A stretch of DNA of 64,000 nt from Selaginella moellendorffii (lineage: Eukaryota; Plantae; Lycopodiophyta): positions 1,058,815 to 1,122,814 of the forward strand of contig NW_003314306.1 in NCBI RefSeq assembly GCF_000143415.4. Direction: 5' to 3'. Shown here one piece after another: positions 24,057 to 36,000 of this stretch; within the stretch, counting starts at the first letter, position 1, and every line of letters starts with the position of its first letter. The notes below the pieces were generated by a model. The model was not told the origin of the DNA. It was given only the letters and a program-made list of their open reading frames with translations, and made no database searches. The position numbers and the translations under genes are program-made.

Positions 24057-25731
24057 CTACCGACGGTGGTGCCTGCTGTGCCTTTGGCTTGTGTCGGCGG
24101 CCTCGTCATCCTTCCTCGAACCCCTTCCACCATTGTGCTTGTCGACAGGAGGCTCGCTTCTTCGGCTCTTAATGGCCACGGCGTCGTTATGATCGTTTCT
24201 CGAATCATAGCTTCCACCACCATGATCCCTTCCTGCATCCTTCCTGTCCCTGTGCCTGTCTTTCTCTCCGTCTCTATTCCTACTGTTCGAGTTTCGGTGG
24301 TGTCTTTTCCCATGCTTTGAATCCGAGTCGCTTGAGTCGTCCAATCGTCTGCTGTGCTTCTTTTCATCTCTATCGGGTTTTCCTTCCTCGTCCGTAGCTC
24401 CACCCTCCCTCCCGTCTTTTCTATGCCCGTGTTTTCTTGTGGGTTCCATATCTTCCGAGTCGCTACTTGAATCGTCGGTTCTCCTCTTTTTTCTCTTATG
24501 CCTCTTCTCCTTCCTGTGCCGTTTTTTGTCCCTTTTTAAACGGTCACGTGAAAACGATGCAAGTGCGTCGGCCAATCCCTCTCCCAGAAAACCTGCGAAA
24601 AATAAAACATTACTACACTAGAAAACAACGTAGCGAAAACTACCTCCATATTCGTCATAAACATCATCTTCCGCGATTATCTGTTGATTCGGATCGTCGG
24701 GCTTAAAGCCGCCACGGGGAGGACTCATGCCTCCAAGTTGCTGTTTCAGTTCCCATTTATTCTGCAGTATGACATTGTCAGAACACGATAAGAACACGCC
24801 ACACAAGACACACTTACGTTTTCAGTCTGTCCAACCATCGCATTCAAAGGATCATCTCGCCTCAGCCGTGCTTGCTCGCTTGGCATAATAGTATCTTTCA
24901 TGGTGCACTCTCGGTCGCCACTTTGGTGGCCAAAACTTCCACATCGAGCACATTTTACATTTCGGATCTCCACTCCAAATGGCTTTGCACGAGCAATAGT
25001 TCCAGTATCGAGCCTGCTTGCACGACAGAGACGTGAGTATCATCTCTCGTAGCTCTAAAACTTACCTGGGAGCATTCTTCAAGGCAGGAAACTCTTCCTC
25101 AGTTGGCACAGGCCTCCCGTATATATCCAACACCCTGGCTTTTTTCTTTTCCGGCTGTGGCCTGGAAAGAAAGAACAGATGCTAAGCACCACATCTAGAG
25201 CAAAGATTATATACATACCTGGTGTACTCCTCAGATGGACCAGGGTCATCATCACCAAGTTTTTTCCTCTCATCGGCAATCTCTGCTGCTCTGGCACTCT
25301 CAGCATTGTAACCAGGTGGTCGCAAATACATGAAGCTCAAAGCTTTCATAGCTTCGGCCTGGAAAAAAAAAATTATCGTAGTCAGCCAAAATGATTCTAA
25401 GATCGTTCGTGGAACTAGTCAAAAATTTAAAGCCATACCTTCTCTTGTTCTTTCTTGGACAGCATCGCAGTTTGCCGATAAAACTCTTGCTCTTGTGCAA
25501 ACTGTGGAGCAGAAGGATCAACAATCAAGCCAGCCAAATTCCCAAACTCACCTCTCGCGCAACATCCTCGTTCCGGCGCTCCCGCTGCAAATGTGTCTGC
25601 TCCGCGATCCATTTGCGCCGCTGATTGGGATACGAGAGCGGATGCCAGGGCTTCTGATTGAGATACGAATGGCTCCACGCCGTGCCCGCCTTGTTCTTCA
25701 ACTCCGCCTCTTGGACTGGCGCCTTCTTCAT
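24057..25731 (-). CDS. CIR_N domain + CCHC zinc-knuckle protein (CBF1-interacting corepressor-like)
   Basis: GTAWSHSYLNQKPWHPLSYPNQRRKWIAEQ (CIR_N); RPFGVEIRNVKCARCGSFGHQSGDREC (zinc knuckle); K/R/H/S/D-rich tail. Confidence 0.9.
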
Positions 25732-25808
25732 CGCAAACAGTACCCTAAATTCTAGGGTTCTTGAGCTACACTCTTAAGGGGTTTTAAAGAAAATTTTAAG
25801 TTTCGGCT
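25732..25808. promoter_or_regulatory. Very short bidirectional intergenic region with telo-box-like motifs
   Basis: 77 bp between divergent ATGs; ACCCTAAA..TAGGGTT telo-box-like inverted pair. Confidence 0.5.
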
Positions 25809-26610
25809 ATGGCGAACAATGGCGGAGGAGCTCCTCCGGCGCCAATGCTCCTTCTCGCGCTCCCCAATCCACACGCGCTGCTCGACAATCCTCTCGCCAG
25901 GTCCGCGGCATCCCGCATTGAAGAGCTCCAGGGTAGAATCAAGGAGGCCTTTTCACAGGCGCTAGCTTCGCTTCCTCCACAGCTACGTAATCTCTTCCCG
26001 GATCGATTGACAGCTTCCCAGGTATGAATCCTTCCATTCCTTTCAATGCGAGTAGATTGAGAGTCGAGAATCCTTCCTCCCGGAAAAAAAAAAAAACTTC
26101 CAATCCTCAGATATCCAGGCGAGCAATTCTCTCGAATCGTAGCAGCCCACTTCGTTGCCAGAACTTTGCCGCGATAATTCCCGGGGACTCTCTCGCCGAG
26201 CTCGTCGTCACCAGAGGCATCACGAATTTCTTCAGCCTCTACAACACTCTTCTCATCGTCCGGATTATCTGTACTTGGTTTCCAGACGCTCCGCGAGCCA
26301 TCGTCAATCCAATCAGGTCCGATTTTTTCTTGTCCTCGCACCACCAAGAGCTGACACCATTTTCATCCTTTCTCGCCGCAGCACTGTCACTGATCCTTAC
26401 TTGAATCTCTTCCGGGGACTGATACCACCACTGGGAGGAACGCTTGATTTTTCTCCAATCCTGGCTTTCCTTCTTCTCGATGCATTCGGTAATGCCGCTA
26501 CTGCGCTGCCTGCCGAGTTACCCAAGCCGGAAGCTGGAATTTCTGCTGCTGCTGCTTCTCGGCGGAACTGGAGACAGAGAAAGTTTCTTCCCAGGAATAG
26601 CTCACCATAG
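25809..26610 (+). CDS. YLMG2: YggT/YlmG family plastid membrane protein (YLMG2-like)
   Basis: GITNFFSLYNTLLIVRIICTWFP and DPYLNLFRGLIPPLGGTLDFSPILAFLLL; 3 exons. Confidence 0.85.
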
Positions 26611-26751
26611 CTCGAGCTCTCGTTTTGTGGAATCCATCTGATAATGTGGAGCAGCATTCCCAAAATCAATCATTCACTCTTGCCGTGCCTACGTAAACTG
26701 GATGATGCCATGAAAAATCTTCACCTGAGAAATCCATCCTGGAACGAACAC

Positions 26752-27833
26752 CTACATGATTCTACCGCCAAGATCTTCTGCTGGGCCGATTCTTCTCGTG
26801 CTGCTCTCGGCAATGGCCAGCGACGACGATGGAGAAGTGATCTGGTGAGACCATCCTGGGACGGACAATCGCCGCCTGTGCTTGAAGCCTCTTTCTGCAA
26901 CTCCTTGGTTGTCGTTGAGTCCCCTGGGCTTCATCATCCTGTAAAGGTGGCACCTTTCCCAGAAATTCTTCACCCTGTTCACTGCCACCGGCAAAACCAG
27001 CAGCAAGATCCTGAGAATGAGAAACCACGACGCCAGCACCAAGTAACTATCGTTTTGAAGCCTCTCTGACAGAGCGGGCTCACTGGAAGTACTGTTTTCT
27101 GCGCCAAAAGCCTTCACCAACTTGGACGGTGGCATGTCTGCAAAAAGCCAAGAGTAACTCTGTAGAAGAAAAAAAAGCACGGAAAAGTACCTGTGATATT
27201 GGCATAGAACATCGTCAGATCCTCCAAAGTTCTCGGGCCCGAGTAACGAAACCTGGACGATCCACTGTGCAAGCATAGCACTGGGAAACTATAGACTCCA
27301 TACTTTGACAACACTCTGCAACAGTGTTCGCAAGAGTGAATTTAGCAGCCCACCGACAGCCCCACTAAAAAATACAAAAGGAAAAGTCGTGTTTGAAGAA
27401 CATACCCTGGCCTGATGGAAGACTCCTCCACTGCCACATGGAAGATCGTCGGGAACATCATCGAGAGTGTCTCAAACATTGGCTTGAGCTGCTTGGAGAA
27501 CTGGCACCACGTCGCGTAGTAGAGAACAGCAGTGAAAGTTTCGTTGCTCAATGCCTGCTCCAAGGCTCCCTCGCCAAGCTGAATCACGCCATTTAAGCCT
27601 CTAGAGACGAAAATCACGCAATGCCATACCTCGATGACCCTGGAAGGCGATGTCGACCAGATCCTGGGGACAGCGTTGCGAGTGATTTTGGGGCAGGAAT
27701 CCCGGAGAGGCAGCAGCAACTCCTCCAGCGATGGCACGGGGCATACAGGAGCTGCTACCGCCGCTGCTACCACCGCTGCCGTGGAGGCCGCAATAGCGAG
27801 CGCGAAGAGCAGCAGCATGAAGCTCGTCCGCAT
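26752..27833 (-). CDS. 5'-adenylylsulfate reductase-like (APRL) thioredoxin-fold protein
   Basis: Signal peptide; AVLYYATWCQFSK (WCxxS), VEESSIRP|SVLSKYGVYSFP and RYSGPRTLEDL; C-terminal TM helix. Confidence 0.85.
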
Positions 27834-28072
27834 CCTGGAAACCCCGCCGGAGAAAATCTATCTCAAAACCGGCAGCTCGAGACGAGAAGAATCAATTTCT
27901 AGAGATGGAGCGCCTAGAAGAGGAGAAATCGAGGCCAGGCTCATCGAATTGCGGGCACCATCGCGCGTGAAACCCTAACAGGGGAAAATATTCCCATTTG
28001 TCTGTAATGTCGAGATCCAACGGCTGTAAAGAGCACTTTGGTTAGATCCGACGGGCAGGAAGAGATAATCTT

Positions 28073-29758
28073 ATGGAACTGCTAGAAACTCGAGCTCGCG
28101 CTCCTGGAAACTTGCCAAAGAGGCGAAGAACTCGGCATTTCTATGCCAAATCCTTGGTTAGAGTGACCACCATCGACGAGGGAAGAGATTTACACGTTCA
28201 AATCGTCCGCGATGGCTACTCTCGCGAGAGATTCCTCGCAAACTTGCTGATCGAAATGTATGGCAAGTTTGGGGATCTTGCGAACGCACAGCAAGTTTTT
28301 GACGAGATCAATGATCCCAATCTCTTCTCCTGGACGAATCTTATCGTTACCTACGCCCACAACGGCGATTGCGAGACATCCAAAGGAGTTTTCGATAGGA
28401 TGCCCGAGAGGGACAGGGTATCCTGGACTGCGATGCTCAAGGCATATGCCGCGAATCGCCAACTTGACGCAGCAAAGATCCTGTTTGAAAAGATGCCTTC
28501 TTGGGACGTCGTTTCCTCCACAGTGATGATCCAAGCATATTCTTTGGAAGGGTATATCAGCGAAGCAAAGAGAATCTTTGGCTCCATCCCCGAGGTGAAT
28601 CTAGTCCCTTGCACGATTATGCTGCGAGCATATGCCCAAAATGGGAATATTCGCGAGGCAAAAGCCATGTTTTACAAAATGCCGGTCAAAGACATTGTCA
28701 CGTGGACTGAATTAATCTCATCTTACGCTAATTGTGGAGACATTTCTAGCGCAACACAAACCTTTGACAGATGCCCCGAAAGAAATGTTATTATTTGGAA
28801 TGCTCTTATCTCGGGATATGCCTTGAAAGAGCATATGAAAGATGCCAAGGACATCTTTGATGCCATGCCCGAGTGGAGCTTAGTTACGTGGACATTAATG
28901 TTAAATGGCTACTTAGACTGCGAGAGTTTAGAGGAAGCCAAGTGTCTGTTTGACTCTATGCCCGAGCATGATGTTATTCTCTGCAATTCCCTCATAGCTG
29001 CATATTCAAAGGCAGGGTACCCCACAGAGGCCGAAAGAATCTTCCAGACGATGCCCGAGCACAGCATCCTCTCCTGGACCGCCATGATGGCCGCCTTCGG
29101 GCAAAGTCAGCTCGTCCGCCTCGCGAAGTCAACTATAGTCAACGCTCCCGAGCGTGGCACAGTGGTGTTGACGTCCATGGTAGGGGCATTTGCTGGAGCT
29201 GGATGCGTTGCCCAGGCAAGATCATTGTTTGACACCGTCCTAGAGCGCGACACCATCGCCTGGAACACCATGATCCTGGCCTATGCTCGCATGGGTCTCG
29301 CAAAAGAGGCGCTGGATCTCTTCTACGACATGGAGATCGAGAGTGGCGATCCCAACGCCGTCTCCTTTCTCGGCGTCTTGATCGCGAACAACCATCTCGG
29401 CCTCTTCAACGAGGCCTTGCGCAATCTCGCGACAATGAATCGCGATCACGGAGTCACGCCCTGCGTGGAGCACTTGTGCTGCATCAGCGATCTCCTGGGA
29501 AGATCTGGGCTGATCGAGAGCGTGGAGGAACTGATCCATGGAATGCCCTGCCTCGCGGAGAATCGCGTTGCTTGGGGAAGCCTGTTTGGCGCTTGCCAGA
29601 TCCAATCCTCCAGTGGCGAGATCAAAGCGCGAGCCGCCAAGCAAGTGTGGAAGTTGTACGGCAGACCACGGTGGAAGTTGTACGGTAGAGCACGCCTAGA
29701 TCGGACGGTAGATTCGCAAGGAGTATGCCCCGTACAGCCTATACGGACAAAAGTTTGA
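28073..29758 (+). CDS. PLS-class PPR protein (tandem 31-aa S motifs, truncated E domain)
   Basis: Intronless 561-aa ORF; repeats such as FDRMPERDRVSWTAMLKAYA; HLCCISDLLGRSG and AWGSLFGAC; no DYW domain. Confidence 0.92.
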   Translation: MELLETRARAPGNLPKRRRTRHFYAKSLVRVTTIDEGRDLHVQIVRDGYSRERFLANLLIEMYGKFGDLANAQQVFDEINDPNLFSWTNLIVTYAHNGDCETSKGVFDRMPERDRVSWTAMLKAYAANRQLDAAKILFEKMPSWDVVSSTVMIQAYSLEGYISEAKRIFGSIPEVNLVPCTIMLRAYAQNGNIREAKAMFYKMPVKDIVTWTELISSYANCGDISSATQTFDRCPERNVIIWNALISGYALKEHMKDAKDIFDAMPEWSLVTWTLMLNGYLDCESLEEAKCLFDSMPEHDVILCNSLIAAYSKAGYPTEAERIFQTMPEHSILSWTAMMAAFGQSQLVRLAKSTIVNAPERGTVVLTSMVGAFAGAGCVAQARSLFDTVLERDTIAWNTMILAYARMGLAKEALDLFYDMEIESGDPNAVSFLGVLIANNHLGLFNEALRNLATMNRDHGVTPCVEHLCCISDLLGRSGLIESVEELIHGMPCLAENRVAWGSLFGACQIQSSSGEIKARAAKQVWKLYGRPRWKLYGRARLDRTVDSQGVCPVQPIRTKV

Positions 29759-30267
29759 AACTAACCGAACGGCCAAGTGGGAGTTTGGGACGGGGACACT
29801 TCGTAGCCGTCAATCCCCGAGCACCATCGAGGATAAACTCACGTGGCACACAGCTGGCGGTCTCCGGTTGGCCGCTTCCCCGGAGGACGTTGTGCCCGGA
29901 AGTGACGAGGAGCGCCAAAGAACTGAGCCTTATTGACGCAAAGAAAGTGGTGTCTAGGCTAAAAAGCGCGATGGAACCGCGACGAGCACCTTAGTGCGTT
30001 CTAGGGTTAAGATCTCTCGGTGGAATTCTAGCCGCATTGGAGGTGGAAAGTGCGATTTTTTCTCGCCCAGGTTTGTGTCTTCCAGCTTTCCAGGGCAAAA
30101 ATTTTGACTGTAGGCGGATCTTTGTTTGTTTGTGAGTGGGAATGTGTGAGTGATTGAGGTTGCCATGACGCCTAGGAAAGAATTTTCGGTTCCAAGGATC
30201 AAAGCCGAAAATGTGGAGGCGTGGGTTTGCCTTCTTTTTTGACTCAAAAGTAAGGTTTTTCCAGGTT

Positions 30268-31949
30268 ATGGCTATGGAAGCCGAAACGCAACTTATCGAC
30301 ATACGCAACAGAGAAGCTCCTCTGGCCATGGTTGTCAATGGCAGCGTGCATACGTTTTTAGAACCCTTTGAAAATGGTTTTTCTTTTTTCGCACTTTTTT
30401 TTTTTCTCTTTAACCTTTCTTCCATACATGATTTCTCTCTAACCTTGGGGGTAATCTTCTTCCCTGACAGGAGCCGCGGCAGAGGAACGACAAGACGAAC
30501 AGGATGACCCTTCAAATGTCCCCGTAAGTTTTGTTCTTGAGAGGATAAGAGTAGAGTTTAATCGATGGTTTTGCTGTGAGTTTTAGAGTGGGGATGCTCT
30601 GAAAGGAAAGCAGATCCGCAAGAAATTTGGAAGGAAATTTTACACCGGGACTGTGTCGGAGTACGAGCCGGATACAAACTGGTATAAGGTAGATGTGTTT
30701 CTTTTAGCTCTCTTTTGCCGAGTTACATGGTGCTTTTCTCCACAGGTAGTTTATGAAGATGGGGATAGTGAGGAGCTCGAGTGGGCCGAGCTAAAGCCAC
30801 TTATCGCAGCGCAGGAACAAGTGTCGGCTAAGAAGCGCCGGGGTGGGGCCTCGACGCCAAAGAGGTGTGTTTCTCTTTTGACTTTGGATGCCACTCGAGC
30901 TTACCTTGGAGCTGCGCTGCTAATTCTGCCACAGCAAGAAGATGCGCAAGACAAAGCCACTGGAGCTTGTTGTCGAGGAAAAGATTGACTTGAACCAGGC
31001 CATAGAACAAAACGGGGGAGATAGTGTCGAAGAGCCGGAGCCGGCACAGCAGCGGCTTCTAGTCGTCGAGAGCTTTGCTATTGAAGTGGAAACTGGTGTG
31101 AACCCTGACGATGGAGGAACAGTGGCAGCAACGGAGAAAGGAGAAGCAGAAGAACAAGAGAAAGAACAAGTGCAAGTCAAAGGAAAGAAGCGAGGAAGGC
31201 CGGCCAAAGCCAAAACTGCGAAAGTCGGGAAAGCCGGAGGCAAAGCCAAGAAAGCAGCAGCGAGCAAGCCGACGGCGACACCTCGGCGTCCAGCCAAGCG
31301 AGCGAAGACGGAAGCTAGCAAAGGCACACCCAGGAAAAGTGGTCGGCTTTCACAGACTCCAGTGTCCGAGGTGGTCAGTCCGGCAGGGAAGCAACGAAAG
31401 CAAAGTCCGGGGAAACGTAAGCTCGGTCAGACTAAACCCTCGTCAGCCGCGTCCGTGAGCCCCCAGAAGAAGCGACTCAGTGCCGCTACGAAGGGGAAAA
31501 AAGTCCAGGAATCGCAGGAGGAAGAAACTCCGGGGCTCAGTTCACGGGCCAGAGGTTCGAAGCTACGGGGACGTAAACTCACGAAGGAGTTTGACGGCCG
31601 AACTTTCCACGGAGAAGTAGCGGGCTATTCCAGTAAGACCAGATACTACAAGGTGTGTCAAATTTTGGTTGTTTTGTCTGTTTGGCTTTGGTACGTTTGT
31701 GCTGGCTACACCGATTTATAAGTTCTCTCGAAACAGATCAGCTACGAGGACGGGGACGAGGAAGAGTTGGAGTGGAGGGAGCTTGAGCCTCTCCTCTTGG
31801 AGGAGGAGGCTGTCTCCTCGTCCTCGGCCGAGGCAGCCGGGACTTCCAAGCGATCGTCGACGAAACGCGCAGCGAAAACTAAGCCGGTTTCTCCCAGGCC
31901 ACTGCCTCCAGTTACCAGATCCAACCAGAAGCTGAGAGCCAGGTACTAG
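30268..31949 (+). CDS. Chromatin protein with two PTM/DIR17-like Tudor domains and an AT-hook
   Basis: GKQIRKKFGRKFYTGTVSEYEPDTNWYK|VVYEDGDSEELEWAEL and GRKLTKEFDGRTFHGEVAGYSSKTRYYK|ISYEDGDEEELEWREL; KKRGRPAK; 5' exons uncertain. Confidence 0.8.
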
Positions 31950-32034
31950 CTTGAAGTTTTCTTTTTTCTATAGGTGCTTTTAGCTCGCCAGCGAGCCAAG
32001 TTTTTTCAATCCTTTGTTTTGGTTTTCTACAGAA

Positions 32035-32318
32035 GAAAAACGAGCAGTGTGAGCTAGTAGAACTCTCTATGAACTCCCGTGAACTTAGCAAAGAACCAAT
32101 GTGATTGATCCATGCTTTTGCTGCTGCGACCATGAATCGAAAAGAATGTTAAAAGTTGTTAGAAAAACGAGCAGTGTGTGCTAGTAGAACTCTCTATGAA
32201 CTCGCTGTGAACTTACCAAAGAACCAATGTGACAATAAGATTGATCTTACCGAAGAACCAATGTGATTGACCGGTGCTTTGCTGCTGCGACCATGAATCG
32301 AAAAGAATTTGTTAAAAG
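32035..32318 (+). repeat. Imperfect tandem duplication (~125 bp) in a 3' UTR
   Basis: GAAAAACGAGCAGTGTG.GCTAGTAGAACTCTCTATGAACTC...GCTGCTGCGACCATGAATCGAAAAGAAT occurs twice. Confidence 0.85.
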
Positions 32319-33099
32319 TCGGGGCTTGATGGAAGAAAGATAGAGATAAAGTAGGCGAGAGCTTTTAAGTTTGCGTTAGTCTCTCGGCAGCTTTTCCTTG
32401 TCTATGTGCCTTTGTGCTGGTCTAGTTGGTCACTTGGGCCCTCCTTCAGCGAAAAAAAATATCCCCACTAAACTCCCCAAGGGTAAAAGTGGTCACGAGT
32501 TCGAGCCTGGTGTTAGGGTTGACATATAGAGTGTACAAAAGTACGGTATAATTCCGTATGGCCTCTCAAATTTACGGAGGTCCCAAAAACACCAGTGGGG
32601 GGAGTAGAGCACTGTGGCGGCTTTGCGAACGCGCGATGGACGATGGCGCATCCACGAGCGATCTAGCACCGCGCCGCGGGAGCTCCTAGGGCGTGGGAAT
32701 CTCCCCAGCGATTGGCGAATCCAGGTTTTGTTGCTGGCCTCTGGATCCATCTAGGTCGATCCCCGGCGCTGCGAGCTAGGGTTTAGGCAATGCGCCAGTG
32801 CTGCCGCGGGTGAAATCCAGCGCTCCCGGGGTGGAAATTTCTCGCGGATTTTGGGAGCGCCTCCGCCGCGAGGGCGGCAGCGCAGATCTTCGGGGGGAAA
32901 ATGGTCCGGTGGAGGCAATGTGAGGGCTGGAGATAGGTGAGCGCGGCTAGGTTCTCCGGGATTTTGATGGAGGATTTGGCTCGCCGCGGCGGCCGCTGGA
33001 CAGGATGTGGTGGCGCTGCCTAGAGGCGGCAATCCGTGGCCAAGGTGAGGAGAAGAACGAGGAGGAGGGTTTTAGCGCTAGGAGCTGGAGATTATCACC

Positions 33100-36000
33100 A
33101 TGGAGGTGGAATCCGCCAGCATGGGAGCTATGCTCGAGCAGCCTCAGCAGATTTCTTCGCAGCCACCGCCACCGCCGCCTCCTCGACCAGCTGCTACTGT
33201 TGTATCCTCACAGGACGAGCAAAATCCAGCGTCCCAGCAGGCTCCAGTGCCAGGAACTCCAGACCAGGCACAGCAGCAGTCACAGCAAGCAGCGTTCATT
33301 AGACCTCCCAGGCCGGCTCCCAGCTATCGGGTAGTGAACGCGATCATAGAAAAAAAGGAAGATGGTCCCGGGCCACGGTGTGGGCATACTCTCACCTCGG
33401 TGGCCGCGGTGGGGGAGCAAGGCACGGCGGGGTATATCGGCCCCCGGCTCATTCTCTTCGGTGGTGCCACCGCTCTCGAGGGGAATTCCGCCGCAGCTCC
33501 GACTCCACCACCCGCTGGAAATGCTGGCATAAGTAGTAATCCGATGTGATTGCTGCTTTTCGGGATTTTTCTCATGGTTTTGTGTGTGATCTTGCAGGGC
33601 TGGCTGGAGCGACTGCCGACGTTCACTGCTTTGACATTATTTCAAACAAGTGGAGCCGGTTAGTGACAACGAACGCTCTCTTTGCTTTTTTTCTTTTCCC
33701 GAGTAAGAATGTTCTTGTGTTGCCGTGCAGACTTAACGCCGTTGGAGAGCCGCCGTCTCCACGTGCTGCTCATGCTGCTACAGCGGTTGGGTCGATGGTT
33801 GTGATTCAAGTGCGTTCAAACTTTTGTGTTTTATATGCGAGCTNNNNNNNNNNNNNNNNNNNNNNNNNNNNNNNNNNNNNNNNNNNNNNNNNNNNNNNNN
33901 NNNNNNNNNNNNNNNNNNNNNNNNNNNNNNNNNNNNNNNNNNNAGTTTTTGCTTGTGACTCCAGGGTGGCATCGGGCCCGCTGGAGTTTCTAGTGAAGAT
34001 CTTCATGTTCTTGACCTTACACAAGCAAGACCCAGATGGCACAGGTTTCGATCAGTCGTTTAGATTTTTTTTCACAATATCTGATGTGGATGTTTTGTTC
34101 CAGGGTGGTTGTCCAAGGCCCAGGTCCCGGTCCTCGGTACGGACACGTTATGGCGCTAGTAGGACAGAGATTTCTCCTTTGTATTGGAGGGAACGACGGT
34201 AAGCAACTTTGCGGTTTTTCTGCTATGTCGAGGTAACATTGAAACATGCGAATTGCAGGCAAGCGACCTTTGGCTGACGTGTGGGCTTTAGACACGGCAG
34301 CCAAGCCTTACGAATGGCGAAGGCTAGAACCTGAAGGAGATGGTCCTCCTCCATGCATGTAAATGAAGCTTTTTTATGTTTTTAGTTTCTCTTGTTAATG
34401 GCTTTCCTTGCAGGTATGCTACCGCTAGCGCGAGATCAGATGGTCTTTTGCTGCTTTGTGGTGGAAGAGATGCCAGTAGTGTGGTAAGTTAATACGGTAG
34501 AAGAATACAAGGTGTTACCGTTTTTTTGTGGCAGCCAATTGCTAACGCGTTTGGTCTTGCCAAACATCGGGATGGGAGGTGGGAATGGGCTATTGCGCCT
34601 GGTGTTTCGCCTTCCCCTCGGTATCAGCACGCTGCAGTAAGATTGACTTGAGCAGTTTTTGCCCTTTGGTAACAACGCCATTTCAGGTTTTTGTAAATGC
34701 TCGTTTGCACGTTTCGGGAGGCGCTTTAGGTGGTGGCCGGATGGTTGAGGATGGATCTAGTGTTGCAGGTTTGGATTTGCTTTTAGTCTGAGATAGAATT
34801 TAACATGAATGCAATTTTGCAGTTTTAGATACCGCAGCTGGAGTTTGGTGTGATAGAAAATCTATTGTCTCGAGTCCTAGAACTGGACGTTATAGTGCTG
34901 ATGCCGCTGGTGGAGATGCTTCCAGTGAGCTTACAAGACGTTGTCGCCATGCAGCAGCTGCGGTCGGGGATCTGATTTTTTTGTACGGTGGACTCAGAGG
35001 AGGTAAGCTATTTTTTGGACCGTTCTTTTGGACAACTTCTTCATGGAAACACTACAGGTGTTCTTCTCGATGATCTATTGGTTGCGGAGGATTTGGCAGC
35101 AGCAGAGACAACACCGGCAGCGCTACAAGCTGCGGCAATAGCCGCAACTGCAGCTCCCAATGCGTCTGTACCTGCTGCAAAGCCTGCAACCGATGGACAG
35201 GGGAAGCCAGCGCCTTCGTCTGACGGGTCGGTTGTGATGGAAGAACCTGTGGCAGGCCCCGTCAATGGCGATATGACGATGGACATAAGTTCCGAAAATG
35301 CAGTTGCTGATCATCGGTAAGACTAGCGCCACATTGTTTTCCTTCTGTAGGATCTAAATCTTGAATTTCAGGACATCGAAGGGTGTGGAATCATTGGTAG
35401 AAGCTTCGGCAGCGGAAGCCGAAGCAATAAGTGCAACTATGGCCAAAGTAGCGGCTCTGCGTCAAGCAAATGGGGAGGTTGGGAGTCCCGAAAGAGATGG
35501 TGGAGCAGATGCATCAACCAGTGGAGCCTCTCCTGTAACGAAGGGAGCTAAGAGGGAAAGCTCGACAATGAATCACACCCCACAGACTGGCGTGAGACTT
35601 TATCATCGTGCGGTAAGAGGTTACTTTAATATTTTGAAACTAATGCAACTGCGAGTGGTTTGCAGGTCGTTGTTGCTGCAGAATCCGGAGGGAATTTGGG
35701 TGGTATGGTTAGACAACTATCTATTGATCAGTTTGAAAATGAAGGGCGCCGAGTAAGCTATGGCACTCCCGAGAGTGCGAATGCAGCCAGAAAACTTTTG
35801 GACCGAACAACGTCAGAAATTGGTGTCCAGAAAAAGGTTTCTTCTTTTTTCCTTTTCTCTGTCTTTGCTCTCTCTCATATTCACTTTCCAACAGGTGATT
35901 AATTATCTTTTGAAACCACGTGGTTGGAAGCCGCCAGTACGAAGGCAATTTTTTCTGGACGTTAATGAAATTTTGGAACTTTGCGAGAAAGCGGAGAGGG

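Noticed and set aside
32488-32515. B-box-like GAGTTCGAGCC suggesting a tRNA or SINE
   Set aside because: No cloverleaf, A-box or tail can be built.
33844-33943. N-run within BSL as a possible hidden insertion
   Set aside because: Standard 100-N gap; the adjacent exons are contiguous in the protein.
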